From Prorocentrum cordatum (Eukaryota), in contig CAUYUJ010000282.1 of assembly GCA_963575745.1 (NCBI GenBank), forward strand, positions 62,001-115,929: a stretch of 53,929 nt of DNA, in the 5' to 3' direction. Below the pieces are notes generated by a model, which made no database searches, was not told where the DNA came from, and was given only the letters and a program-made list of their open reading frames with translations. A program made the position numbers and the translations under genes. Positions 1 to 10,715 of the stretch are shown one piece after another (the first letter of the stretch is position 1; every line of letters begins with the position of its first letter).

Positions 1-577
1 GGTTTGACGATCCGCGGGAAGCGGTCGAGTTTCGCTGTGCTGAGCGCGAACGCGAAGCCAGACTCGAGAGGAGTGCTGGCTCAGACGTGCTTAATTTATT
101 ATTAAATTTCGCTGTGAGCCCCCTAGTGTCCTACGGTCCTCCTGCTCCTCTTCCCTCCCATTCGATCCTCCTACAGCTTTTCAATATGACTACTATTCTC
201 CTCTCCCCTGAATACGGCTGGGGAGAGGCCCGCCCCCTGCGTTCAAAGCGGCGCTGCCGCTCCAGCGAAGGCCTCATTTTAGCATCGGCGCTTTGCTCCC
301 ATCGTTCAGGCTGGCGCTCTCGCCCCAGCGCGGGCCGCTCATGTGGATCAGAGTGTTCGTCGTTGTCGCCCCGCTCCTTTCTCTTTCCCGCCTTCCCTTG
401 GTCATCTTGCTCCTCCCGCTTCTCCATACTCCAGCTCCTGCTGCTGATGTTCCTCCTCGTCGCCTTCCGTCCTCATCCTCCTCCCCCTCCTCCTGCTATA
501 TCCTGCTCAGCCTCCTGCTCATCCGTCACCTCCTTTTCTTGTTTTTTGTCTCGATGGGTTTCTTTTTGGACTTCGAG

Positions 578-814
578 GTCCGCAACGACAGGCGTCGGCG
601 GATGGTGGGAGAGGTCTGATGTCAGATATGGCGGGAGCTCACCTAGCTTCTCCCCCTCTCTCCTGACCAGGCGTGCCGAGACCAGGCGAGCCACATCCTC
701 GACCTGAAGCAGGTCGCGAGCTCCGTGTACTGGCCCGTCGCCTTCGTCGTCGGCGCCTCGTTCGGCGATGCCGTGGCGGAGAATTGGACGAGTGCCGGCG
801 GCCAGGGCCTCCAG
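578..814 (+). CDS. Two internal exons (578-613, 671-814) of a spliced gene of unknown function
   Basis: Both are bounded by AG|G acceptors and AG|GT donors, both are phase 0 (36 and 144 nt) and join to VRNDRRRRMVGE-ACRDQASHILDLKQVASSVYWPVAFVVGASFGDAVAENWTSAGGQGLQ; flanked by CCT microsatellite. No recognisable domain. Confidence 0.35.
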
Positions 815-1058
815 GTTCCCTCTCTTCCTCCTTCTCCTCCTATTCCTCCTCCTCCTCCTCCTCCTCCTCCTCCTCTTCTTCATCCTCCTCCTCCTCCTCT
901 TCCTCCTCCTCCTCCTCCTCCTCCTCCTGTGTCTCCTCCACATCTTCCGTATAAGCAACTCCTCTCCGTCGCACCATCAGTAGGGCGGGTCAGGCTTTTC
1001 GCCGAATTAAAAGCTCCACACCATTGGTGGTCTTGAAGTTTGAAATCTGCAGCGGTTT

Positions 1059-1232
1059 TCAAGGATGGAGGGCGTGCTATTTTACAAACTGTGGCTCTCG
1101 CTTTTGCGCCGCGCGCCTTCGTCTTCAAAACTCAACATCAGCTTCAAGGATGGAAGGCGGATGGTTTGCAAACTGTGGATGTTGCTCTTGCGACGCGCGC
1201 ATTCGTTTTGAAGTTTTGCGGCAGCCTCAAGG
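1059..1232. repeat. Two diverged copies of an ~86-bp tandem unit
   Basis: TCAAGGATGGA...AAACTGTGG...TTGCG.CGCGCGC.TTCGT.TT occurs at ~1059 and ~1145. Confidence 0.6.
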
Positions 1233-1360
1233 TGTCCTCTAAGAGCTACCCCGGCTCACCCGCCGCGCGCAGCCGCGCCTCACCCAGTCCCGCTCAGACT
1301 CCCCTCGCTGCTTGCGATGACTAGACGCTGCACCCTTGTGTCTCGTGGGAGGCGGCGTGG

Positions 1361-2110
1361 ATGCCCCGGCGCTTTCGGGAGGCGCCCTGTGCGCCGCGCG
1401 TGCTGCTGCCGCTACCGGCGCGGGCGCGGCAGCCCCGGCCGCCGCCGATGTCATGGACGAGGCTTCGGAGGAGCAAGTCACGTGGACTGACGCAGGCCGC
1501 TGCCAGGCTGGCGGTGTTCGATCCGCTGGCCGCGCCGCCTGGCGCCGGCACCGCGGCTGCCGGAGACTCTAATGCCGACCCCCTCCGCGACACGCTCTTC
1601 CAGGAATGGGCGCACCAGGAGATCCTCGTGCACTTCGAGCTGATCCACGCGATGGTTACCAGCAGTATTACGATCAACGACCTCCCGATCGCCCTTCCCA
1701 CAAACCTCGACGCCCTGAAGGTGATCTATAAGAAGTTGGCCTACGTGGTCGGCGCCGCGGACCCGTGGTTGTACCTTGGCCTCGCCCGCTTCGAGGGTCT
1801 CACCCCGTCGGAGCAACTGATTGCTGCGCGCTTGCGCACGGCCCTTGGGCGGATTGGATCCGTGGGCGGAAGAAGTTGAAGAACCATGGGCGGATTGGAT
1901 CCGGCGATCCACGCGTGCCGCGGAGGAGTGTCTGAAACGGCTCAATATCGATGACTGGAGACACCTGGCAACAACGGAGGCCGCCGAATGGGCGACACTT
2001 GCTTTAAAGTGGACGCCGGAACTAGACCTCCGATACAACGCTACCCGCAGAACAGGGCGGCCCAAATTTAGATGGATTCACGACTTGCGACAGTATTTGT
2101 GTGCAGCGTG
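1361..2110 (+). pseudogene. Non-LTR retrotransposon remnant: 3' end of an RTE-like ORF, preceded by a protein-like fragment
   Basis: 1860-2110 reads EPWADWIRRSTRAAEECLKRLNIDDW...LKWTPE...RRTGRPKFRWIHDL, matching the W-x-P...R-xx-GRP-xx-RW-x-D C-terminus typical of RTE-like LINE ORFs; frameshifted relative to the upstream 1361-1879 ORF. Confidence 0.6.
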
Positions 2111-2524
2111 CGACGACGCAACACTCACTCACTCACTCATGCCATACGCCGGAGCGCGTGGGCGAAAGAAGACAAGACAAGGCCAGCCGATTCTCACCGC
2201 TTTGCGGGAGCGGCGGCACTACGGCGGTCGCATAAAACACAACGTGCGCGGCAGCAGGAGGAGGAGGAGGAGGAGCAGGAGGAAAGAGGGAAGACAAACG
2301 GCCGGCGTAGCAGGAGGAGCACGACGCAACGACGACGACAATCTTAATTACCAGATTTCATGACGTCACCGTCCTCTCCATCATCCATCACACCAGCGCA
2401 ATTATTTTCCATTGCTTCCACGACGGTGTGGGAAACTCTCGAGGAAGGGTTTGTGCGCAGACCTTAACCATATGTGGTGCCCAGACTTGTCTTACCACCT
2501 CACCACCTCACCACCTCCAACTCG

Positions 2525-3345
2525 TCTCTTTCCGACTCCGGATCCGATTTACCGGACTCGTCTCTCCGACTCCGGCTCCTGCCTCTCCGACCCCTGCGTT
2601 TCTCTTTCCGACTCCGGCCGTGCCGATTTCCGGTTCCAACCTCACCGACTGCGGCTCCGACGCCTACTCTTATCTCTCCGACTCTGGCTGCCACTCCCCG
2701 ACCCCAGCCTCTCCGACTCCGGCTACCATCGCCGTTCCGAGTCCTGCTCGTCTCTCCAACCCTGGTTCCACCTGTCCGACTCCGGCTCTCGTCTTTCCGA
2801 CTCCGGCTCCCGCCCCTCCGACTGCAGCTCCAACGATCGACCCCGTCTCCCCGACTCTGGCTGCTGCGTCTCCGACTCCTGCACGACTCCCGATCAGCTC
2901 GCTGATACGACTCCCGATTCCCCGAATCTGGCGGCAGTTCTTGGTCTCTCCGACCCCGGCTCCGACTCCGGCTCCCGTCTTCCCGACTCCGGCTCTCCCA
3001 TCACATCCCTCCGACTCCAGCTCCACCTCCAATTCCCACTCCGGCTCTCCCATCACATCCTTCCGACTCTGGCTCCGATTTCGGGTCCCATCTCTCCGAC
3101 TCCGGCTCTCCCATCTCGTCTCTCCGACTCCGGCTCCGACTCCGGGTCCCGACTTTTCAGACTCCAGGTCCTATCCCATCTCTCCGACTCCGGCCCCGAT
3201 TCTTGTCTCCATCTTTCCAACGATGGTCCCGACTCTGGTCAAATGTATCGGGTTGTGGCGGTACGTGTGGTTTTTCTTCTCCGACTGCGGCTCCGGTACC
3301 CACTCCCATCTGTCCGACCCGGCTGCCATTTCCCGACCCCGGCTT
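2525..3345. repeat. Degenerate minisatellite built on (T)CTCCGACTCCGG
   Basis: Dozens of CTCCGACTCCGG variants with variable spacing; produces the spurious SDSG/PTPA ORFs. Confidence 0.85.
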
Positions 3346-3459
3346 CTGAGCGGCCAGCCTATTCTGGCGCCCCGGTGCCCTCCCGCCGCACCCTCGTAGG
3401 TGCCTCGACGCGGGCTCTTGTCTCTTGTCTTGTCTTGTCTTGCGCACGGCCCTTGCCCT

Positions 3460-6106
3460 CTGCGACTTGACGCTCAAGGCGCCCCTGTCCGCCGCCGACC
3501 GCACCAGCATCCACCAGATCGCCGGCGAGGTCCGCGGTGCGGCTTCGACTTGTGGGAAAGAGCTCTTGGGGGTATTGGCAGAGCGGAAGAAGCTCAAGCC
3601 GATCAAGCTCCCACTCTGGAAGGAGCTGGGCGCTGCCGCTCTCTCCCTTCTCCGCGCCTCCGCTCCTCTCGGCCATCAGGAGGTCCTCCTCGCGCAGTGG
3701 TCTTGCATCCTCGACAACGGCAGCAACAACGACAGCGAGGGCGATGTGGCTGTGTCCCGCCGTATCTCCGAGCTCTCGGAGCAGGGTGACGAGATCTCAG
3801 GGCGTGCGGCCTGACAGCTGGACAACATTCGGTGGCTTGCACCCCAAAAGATGCTGGTGCTCGCGCCCGGCTCCTGGCATCGCTCCTGCGGCGAGCGGAC
3901 CCGGCCAGGCGCCCATCCAGTTTGCTGATGGTGGCGCCCCTCCCGCCCTCTCACGGCATGAAGGACGTTGTGGGCGTCACGGACCTGTGGTCGCACCCGT
4001 TCCTCGGAGACAATTGGGCGTCCGTGGTCTGGTCGCAGCGTTTCTGCTCGCAGCCCTTGGAGCTGATACCGCCTGGCCGGAATCAGCCACGGCACGTCCA
4101 GATGGGCCTTGCGCTCTTCGGTATCTCGATGGACATGCCGCGCCAGATGCCGCGCGTGGTCGAGGCCTTGACGCCCTTGTTCATGATCGAATCCTCCATT
4201 ATCGCGACGTTCGATATGCCCTCGGACTACCTCCCGAACCCCCCCCCCCCCGTTAGCGGACCCGCGCTTGGAGATCCTCGCGGTGCGCAAGCCCCGACGC
4301 AGTCCGAGTAGCTCGCAGGGCGCTCCGAGGATTTGCTTGGATTTGGTTTTCCCCGCGCAGTGCGCCGAGCTGGGCGCCATCGCCATCCTGAGCCGCATCC
4401 GCGCTTCGCTTCTGCCGTCAACTGCGCACTTCGCGCTGGGCACAATCTACGACAACAGGGAAGCCATGATCTTAGAGTTCACCCTCCCAGACTGCATCCC
4501 GCGCTTCCGGCCCCTATGCGTGCAGTTGGTATTCCTCTCGCGCACCAAGGCGCTCGTCTTGCCACGCGCTGCTTCGGGCACCTGGGGGAGTGCGATGGAT
4601 CAAGTTTTCAAGCACGACCCCGAGGTCTCCGCCTCCCGTTTTCGCTGCCGTCCGTCGGCCTACGGCGGCCGCCCCGCGGCGCCCCCCTCTGCGACCGCCG
4701 CGGCGCTGGCGGCCACCCGTCGGGCGGCACAGGCAGGAGAAGGCATCGGGGACATGGCGGAGATCGCTATCAAGGGCGAATTGGGCGATTGCGATGCCCA
4801 TGGATCAAGTGACGCCGCAGTTCGGCGCGGTGCTCCAGGAGGCCGTCGAGGCACATGGGCTGCGCCCTGGGCAGTACTTCCCCCTCCAGGCGCGCGACTT
4901 CTACGCCCCGCCTGGACGTGCCCGCGCCCGTCTGCGGGACCGGGAAGAGGTGCGCAAGTTGCGCGCGGGGCTGCACTGGCAGATTATCAGGGTCGGCAGT
5001 GACCAGGCCCAGGTGGAGGTCCTGAGCGACGCGCTCAATGCGGTGCGCGGGACGGGAAACGGGGCAGGGGCGTGGATCTAGTCCAGCCCACCCACGCTCC
5101 GACGATTATGGGGGCATCTCCCAGCTGGAACGCTGGGGCGCAAGTAGATGCATATCCTTGGACGGGGCCCCGCTGGCTCATCGAGGTCGCATTCTCCCTC
5201 CGCGTGGCAGCCGCCGCGCCGAGCGAACGAGGCCCGCCTGATGTGACTTCTCCTGGTCCGCGTGCGTCCACATTGAGTTTCTCGAGGTGTTCGAATTTGT
5301 TGCATGTTATCGACGGGTTTTCTGTTCCTCCTGATCGGCCCCTGCCTCCGCTTCCTTGTCTTCTTCCCTGCTGCGACGCCTGGCAGCGCTATCTGGGCTG
5401 TCCAGGAAACGACGTCCCGCTCGCCATGTATTATTTCCTTCGGGTCCGCCGGGCTCTCGGGGCCTTCGCGATCGCCGCAGCCGGGCCTCTGCTGAAAGCC
5501 ACCCCGCCGGCGCCCGCGGCTAGCTCCACGCGGCGGCTCGGACAGTTCAGGGGGGCCCTTTCGGTGGCCCTGTGGAACGCGAGAGCTTTCTTCGCGGTCG
5601 CGCAGGGCTGGCAGGAGGTCAAGGTTTCGCACGCGGGCTCGCTCCTTAACCGCGCGCAGGTGGTCATGGCCACGGAGGCTCACGGAACAACGGGCGCCCG
5701 CGACATCTGGCGCCCCCCCCCGGCGCCTCGTCGCGGTGGTCGGCGGGCGCTACGACCGCCCGCGCGTGGGTCCGCATCATCGCCCAGGACGCGTTGCCCC
5801 AGGAGTCCGACCCGCGCCCCGCGTGGAAGATTGGCCCTTCCAGGCAGGGCCGCCAAACTGGAGTTGCGCGGCCCGGAGGGGGGCTTGGAATTGATCGTGG
5901 CTTACTTCCCGACTGGCGCGGAGCTCACGGAGCATGATTTCCACGGCTTCTCGGCTGCCGAGATCGAGCGCCCCCCCTCGTTCCACGGCATTTGCGCTCG
6001 TCTTCGCGCGCGGCTCTCAAGGGCACTCGCTCCGCGATTCTCGTCGCTGACGGCTTTAGGCCGCGACTTCAGCTGCGTTGCAGATTCTGTCGATCGCATC
6101 CCCACT
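3460..6106 (+). mobile_element. Degenerate LINE: ORF1 (~3460-5080, stops/frameshifts) and N-terminal AP-endonuclease part of ORF2 (~5426-6106), 3'-truncated
   Basis: ORF2 shows APE motifs in order: ALWNA, MATEAHG (QETH-like), PGRAAKLELRGPEGGLELIVAYFPTG, LGRDFSCV..DR (decayed GGDFN). Upstream frames join into a long globular-looking ORF1. Coding similarity stops at the inverted repeat at 6107. Confidence 0.75.
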
Positions 6107-6281
6107 ACCCTGACATCCTCCATCATGATTTTTTCAATCCGCTCCAGACGGATTGAAAAGAGTAGCACGGATTGAAATCGAATGGATGGATTGATAATTT
6201 TCAAAGCGGATTGATTTTTCTAAAGGTGGATTGATTTTTGGTAGCAGCGGATTGATTTTTGTCCCAACGGATTGATTTTTG
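6107..6281 (+). repeat. Left TIR (6107-6159) and subterminal GGATTGA(TTTTT) array
   Basis: TCAATCC at 6134, then GGATTGA at 6150, 6169, 6188, 6208, 6228, 6249, 6269. Confidence 0.85.
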
Positions 6282-6399
6282 CACATTTTGGCTTCTTAAC
6301 TTATAATTATGTTAGCTTCCTTACAAGTGGTATTGATACCCGAGGCGTTGATATTTTAGCAAGCAGCCATGTAATACAGTGACATCTCTACAACCTTGA

Positions 6400-7985
6400 C
6401 AGGAAACCGACGGATTGCGGGCCGAGTTTTCTATTGTGGACAGTACAGAACTCGCCACGCGCGCGCGCGGACGCGCGCGCGCGGAGATTGTCGACCATCT
6501 ATAGGAGGCCGACATTCGAACCCGCCACGCGCGCGCGCGCGCGGACGCGCGCGCGCGCGCGTGCGGAGTTCTGTATTGGCGACAATAGAAAAGCCAGTAT
6601 GTAATTCCAAAAACTAAATTTGAAATTTCTGGGGCCCTTTAAGGAGGCCGACGGAGTGGCCGACTTCTCTATTGTGAACAATACATTCGAACTCGCCACG
6701 CGCGCGCGCGCGCGGACGCGCGCGCGCGCGCGCGGACGCGCGCGCGCGCGTGCGGAGTTCTGTATTGTCGACACTAGAAAAGCCAGCATGTAATTCAAAA
6801 AACTGAATTTGAATTTTCTGTGGCCCTTTAAGGAGACCGACGGAGTGGCAGACTTTTCTATTGTGAACAATATCATTCGAACTCGCCACGCGCGCGCGCG
6901 CGGACGCGCGGACGCGCGCGCGCGCGCGTGCGGAGTTCTGTATTGTCGACAATAGAAAAGCCAGTATGTAATTCCAAAAACTAAATTTGAAATTTCTGGG
7001 GCCCTTTAAGGAGGCCGACGGAGTGGCCGACTTCTCTATTGTGAACAATACATTCGAACTCGCCACGCGCGCGCGCGCGCGGACGCGCGGCGCGCGCGCG
7101 GAGTTCTGTATTGTCGACACTAGAAAAGCCAGTATGTAATTCCAAAAACTACATTTGAATTTTCTGGGGCCCTCTAAGGAGGCCGACGGAGTGGCCGACT
7201 TCTTTATTGTGAACAATACATTCGAACTCGCCACGCGCGCGCGCGCGCGCGGACGCGCGCGCGCGCGCGGACGCGCGCGCGCGCGGAGTTTGTATTGTCG
7301 ACAATAGAAAAGCCAGTATGTAATTCCAAAAACTAAATTTGAAATTTCTGGGGCCCTTTAAGGAGGCCGACGGAGTGGCCGACTTCTCTATTGTGAACAA
7401 TACATTCGAACCCGCCACGCGCGCGCGCGGACGCGCGCGCGCGCGCGTGCGGGTTCTGTATTGTCGATAATAGAAAAACCAGTATGTAATTCCAAAAACT
7501 AAATTTGAATTTTCTGGGGCCCTTTAAGGAGGCCGACGGAGTGACAGACTTTTCTATTGTGAACAATGCGTTCGAACTCGCCACGCGCGCGCGCGCGGAC
7601 GCGCGCGCGCGCGTGCGGAGTTCTGCATTGTTGACAACACAAACGCTACCGTGCAATTTCAAAAACTGAATTTGAAATTTCTGTGGCCCTTTAAAGAGGC
7701 CGACGTACGCGCGCTGGTGAGACGTGTCACCCGCGCGCGTGCGCGCGCGTGGGGATCGAGTTCTGTCGACACATACTATAAAAAGTTGCCACGCAATTCC
7801 ACAAACTGAAGTCAAACTTTCTGTGCAACCGGATAGAAGACCGACGGAAGCGCGCGGGTGACACGTGTCACCCGCGCGCGCTCGCGCGTGGGGAGCTCTG
7901 TATTGTCCACAATAGAAAAGACGCCGTGCACTTCCAAAAACTGGCTCTGAAATTTCTGTGGGCCTTAAAGGAGACCGACGGACGC
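6400..7985. repeat. Tandem array of ~9 units (mostly 166-189 bp), each containing a long hairpin with a (CG)n core
   Basis: CCGACG anchor at ~6407, 6647, 6836, 7014, 7182, 7366, 7532, 7699, 7841, 7974; arms CTATTGTGAACAATACA..GAACTC..CACGCG / CGCGTG..GAGTTC TGTATTGTCGACAATAG are complementary. Confidence 0.92.
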
Positions 7986-8652
7986 GTGCTGATTTGCATT
8001 GCCGCGCCTTGCTTTACAGACAATGCTGATTCGACGCTGTGCTCTTCACTACACTCTTAATACTTACAGTATGCCAAACACATAAATCTTAAAAAATAAC
8101 TATGACAGCGCACTGCGACACAATGGTATATATGTATATATGTTTGCGTATATATATATATATACATATATATATATTAACTATCGTCCTGGCAAAAGCA
8201 TGTGGTACAACGTCATTCGCATATGCATGAACACAACACTTGCAGCTACAGGGAACGCATGCATGTGTATGTATATATACGTTGCACACACCCGTATGCA
8301 TATGCATATACATATACATATACATACAACACAAACACATCGCGTGGGCACCGCGGTACCTAGAGACCGATTGCCCACCCCATCTTGGCGTTTTTGTTCA
8401 CAGCGCTGGCCGCTGGCCCAGCGCCGCGGGCGCGCGCGCGCGCGCCCCGCACCCCCCCCCCCCTCCTCCGCCACTCCCGCCGCGAGCGCCTGCGGGAACA
8501 GGGGTGGGCGAGAGCGGAACCGCGCGCTGAGCTCAGTCGACGGGGCGCGACGTGGTCGGCCTCGGCGGGCCGACTGGGCATGCGCATGCGATTCCGCTCG
8601 AGCACATCCCTACTCTCGCCCTCTATCCTCCTCCTCCCTCGGGCCGTCGGCG

Positions 8653-9527
8653 ATGGCCCCCCCCAAAGAGAAAGGCGCGAAAGCTTCGAGTGTCGACGAG
8701 GGCATGGCACGGCACATGCCGACTGCAAAAGTGGCGACGTCGATCTTGGCCCAGGCCAGCTGGGGATCGGGTAGAGAGGGGCGACCGTGAGTTATATATT
8801 GGACAAACGTGGGCATAGGAGACGGAGGTACAGAGGGGGAGAAAAAAGGAAGGACATAGGGAGGATGGATAGAACAATTTGGGAAGGAGGAGGGAGGATG
8901 ATGGAGGGGGCGGGGGAGGGGGTGATGGAATGAATAGGGGGCGGTCACGGAGGAATTATGCGCAGGAACGAAGGGGGGGGGGAGGTGGATGTGGAGCGAG
9001 CGAATCACCCCCCCTACCGCAGGCGATGCTGAACACCCCTGAAGAAGGTGATCCATGGCCTATTCTTCTAGGATCGATCGGGGACGGGAGGGAGCGATGA
9101 TGACGAGGGTGGGCATGTAATTGGCACTGCTGGTGAACGCGCTCCCACTCTTCTCAGATGTCAGTGTCCGTTCTGGTCCATGGGGTGCGCTGGCTGCTGC
9201 CTCACTTGAGCCGTTGGGCCGTTAACGTAATTACTCACGCCACCGCCGTCATTATCCTCGCCGTCGTGATCGTCGATCGTCGTCGTCATCGTCACCATCG
9301 TCGTCGGCATCGGCGTTAGCATAACCAGCAGCGTCAACATCCTCATCAGAAGTACCAGCATCTTCGTCATTATCAGCATCATCAGCATCACCGTTCTCAT
9401 ATCGCCAGGAAGGCCATCGTCATCATCACCGCCATCATCTTAGGGAGTGGTTAGGTGGATAATGTGGGAGAGAGGGAGAAAGAGATGAAAGGGGAGAGAG
9501 AGAGAGAAGTAGAGAGAGGGAGCGATA

Positions 9528-9562
<35 letters not shown>

Positions 9563-10651
9563 ATCTATAGTACGTGTACACGCATACCTACATGCCATGA
9601 TGACTTTCCAGTGATCGGGGTTGGTGGGGGATGGTGGTGGGCAGGCGACGTGCCAGATTTCAAGTACAGCGTCTACAAGTTCGAGCACAGAGCGAAGATG
9701 AATGAAGTGCAGGCTTGAGATGGGGCTTGTGATCATGCCACCTTTCTGTTCGAGGGACGTGCGAGGCGATTGCGGTGGATGGCGATAAGTATGATGATGA
9801 AGGAGGGCGAGGATTCACGATGTGGTTCACGTTTCACGATGTCCTCGTCCGCCTCTTCTGCCCTCAACCATCATTATGCTCCCCCCTCTTTCCGACGGGG
9901 AGGTCTTCGGCACGCTCATGAGCGAGATGCAGATGATTGGCAATTCCCATCGCTTCTCGCAGAAGACGGTCATGGAGCGCCATGGGGAAGGGACAGCTCG
10001 ATGTGCTTAGCATGGCAATGGTCACCATCGTCACCACCACCACCGCCAGCACCATCACCAGTATCACCATCGTCGTCGTCGTCAGAATCAGCAGCATCAT
10101 CATCATCACCATGACAGTCACCATCATGGCCATCAACATCCATCAGCAGCATCATCATCATCAGCATCATCAGCATCTAATTAATCACCATCACCGTGGC
10201 CAGCGTCGTCGCCGTCATCATCGTCATCGTCATCATCATCATCAGCATCATCATCGCCATCACGATGCCGATGGGGACCATGATGACAATGGCGACAATC
10301 GCTGTTCTCACGATCATGACGAATACGACGGCGACGATGATGACGATGGCGACGACGATGACGATGACCAGCATCGTCATCATCATCACCACCACGATTA
10401 CGACGTCCAGCTGAGACGGCGGGGAGGCGAAGGATGGCCAGCAAACGCAGCAGTAGGATAAGTCGCATCATGAGCAAGTGGATCGATTGACGGGGAGTGA
10501 GGCGGCTTGGGATTATGCGTACAAGATCAAGTACGTCGAGGCATATCGAAGCGTGCACGGTCGTGCTCCTGTGACGGCGCGTCTGGAGGGCGTCAGGTGC
10601 CACCTTCTATTTTGAGTTGCACCATTCGTGCCAGAGAGGGGGTCGGGGTAA

Positions 10652-10715
<64 letters not shown>

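Noticed and set aside
2412..3470. Long Ser/Pro-rich ORFs
   Set aside because: Open in several frames because of a stop-poor minisatellite.
6103..6107. Canonical CACTA terminus
   Set aside because: CACTA is present but there is no TAGTG at the right end; the inverted match begins at 6107.
6150..6281. CRISPR-like repeat/spacer pattern
   Set aside because: Repeats are only 7-12 bp with ~8-12-bp spacers, there are no cas genes, and the motif recurs at the opposite transposon end.
6400..7985. CRISPR array or repeat-protein ORFs (ARARAR)
   Set aside because: Whole units are repeated with no unique spacers; the ORFs are translations of (CG)n.
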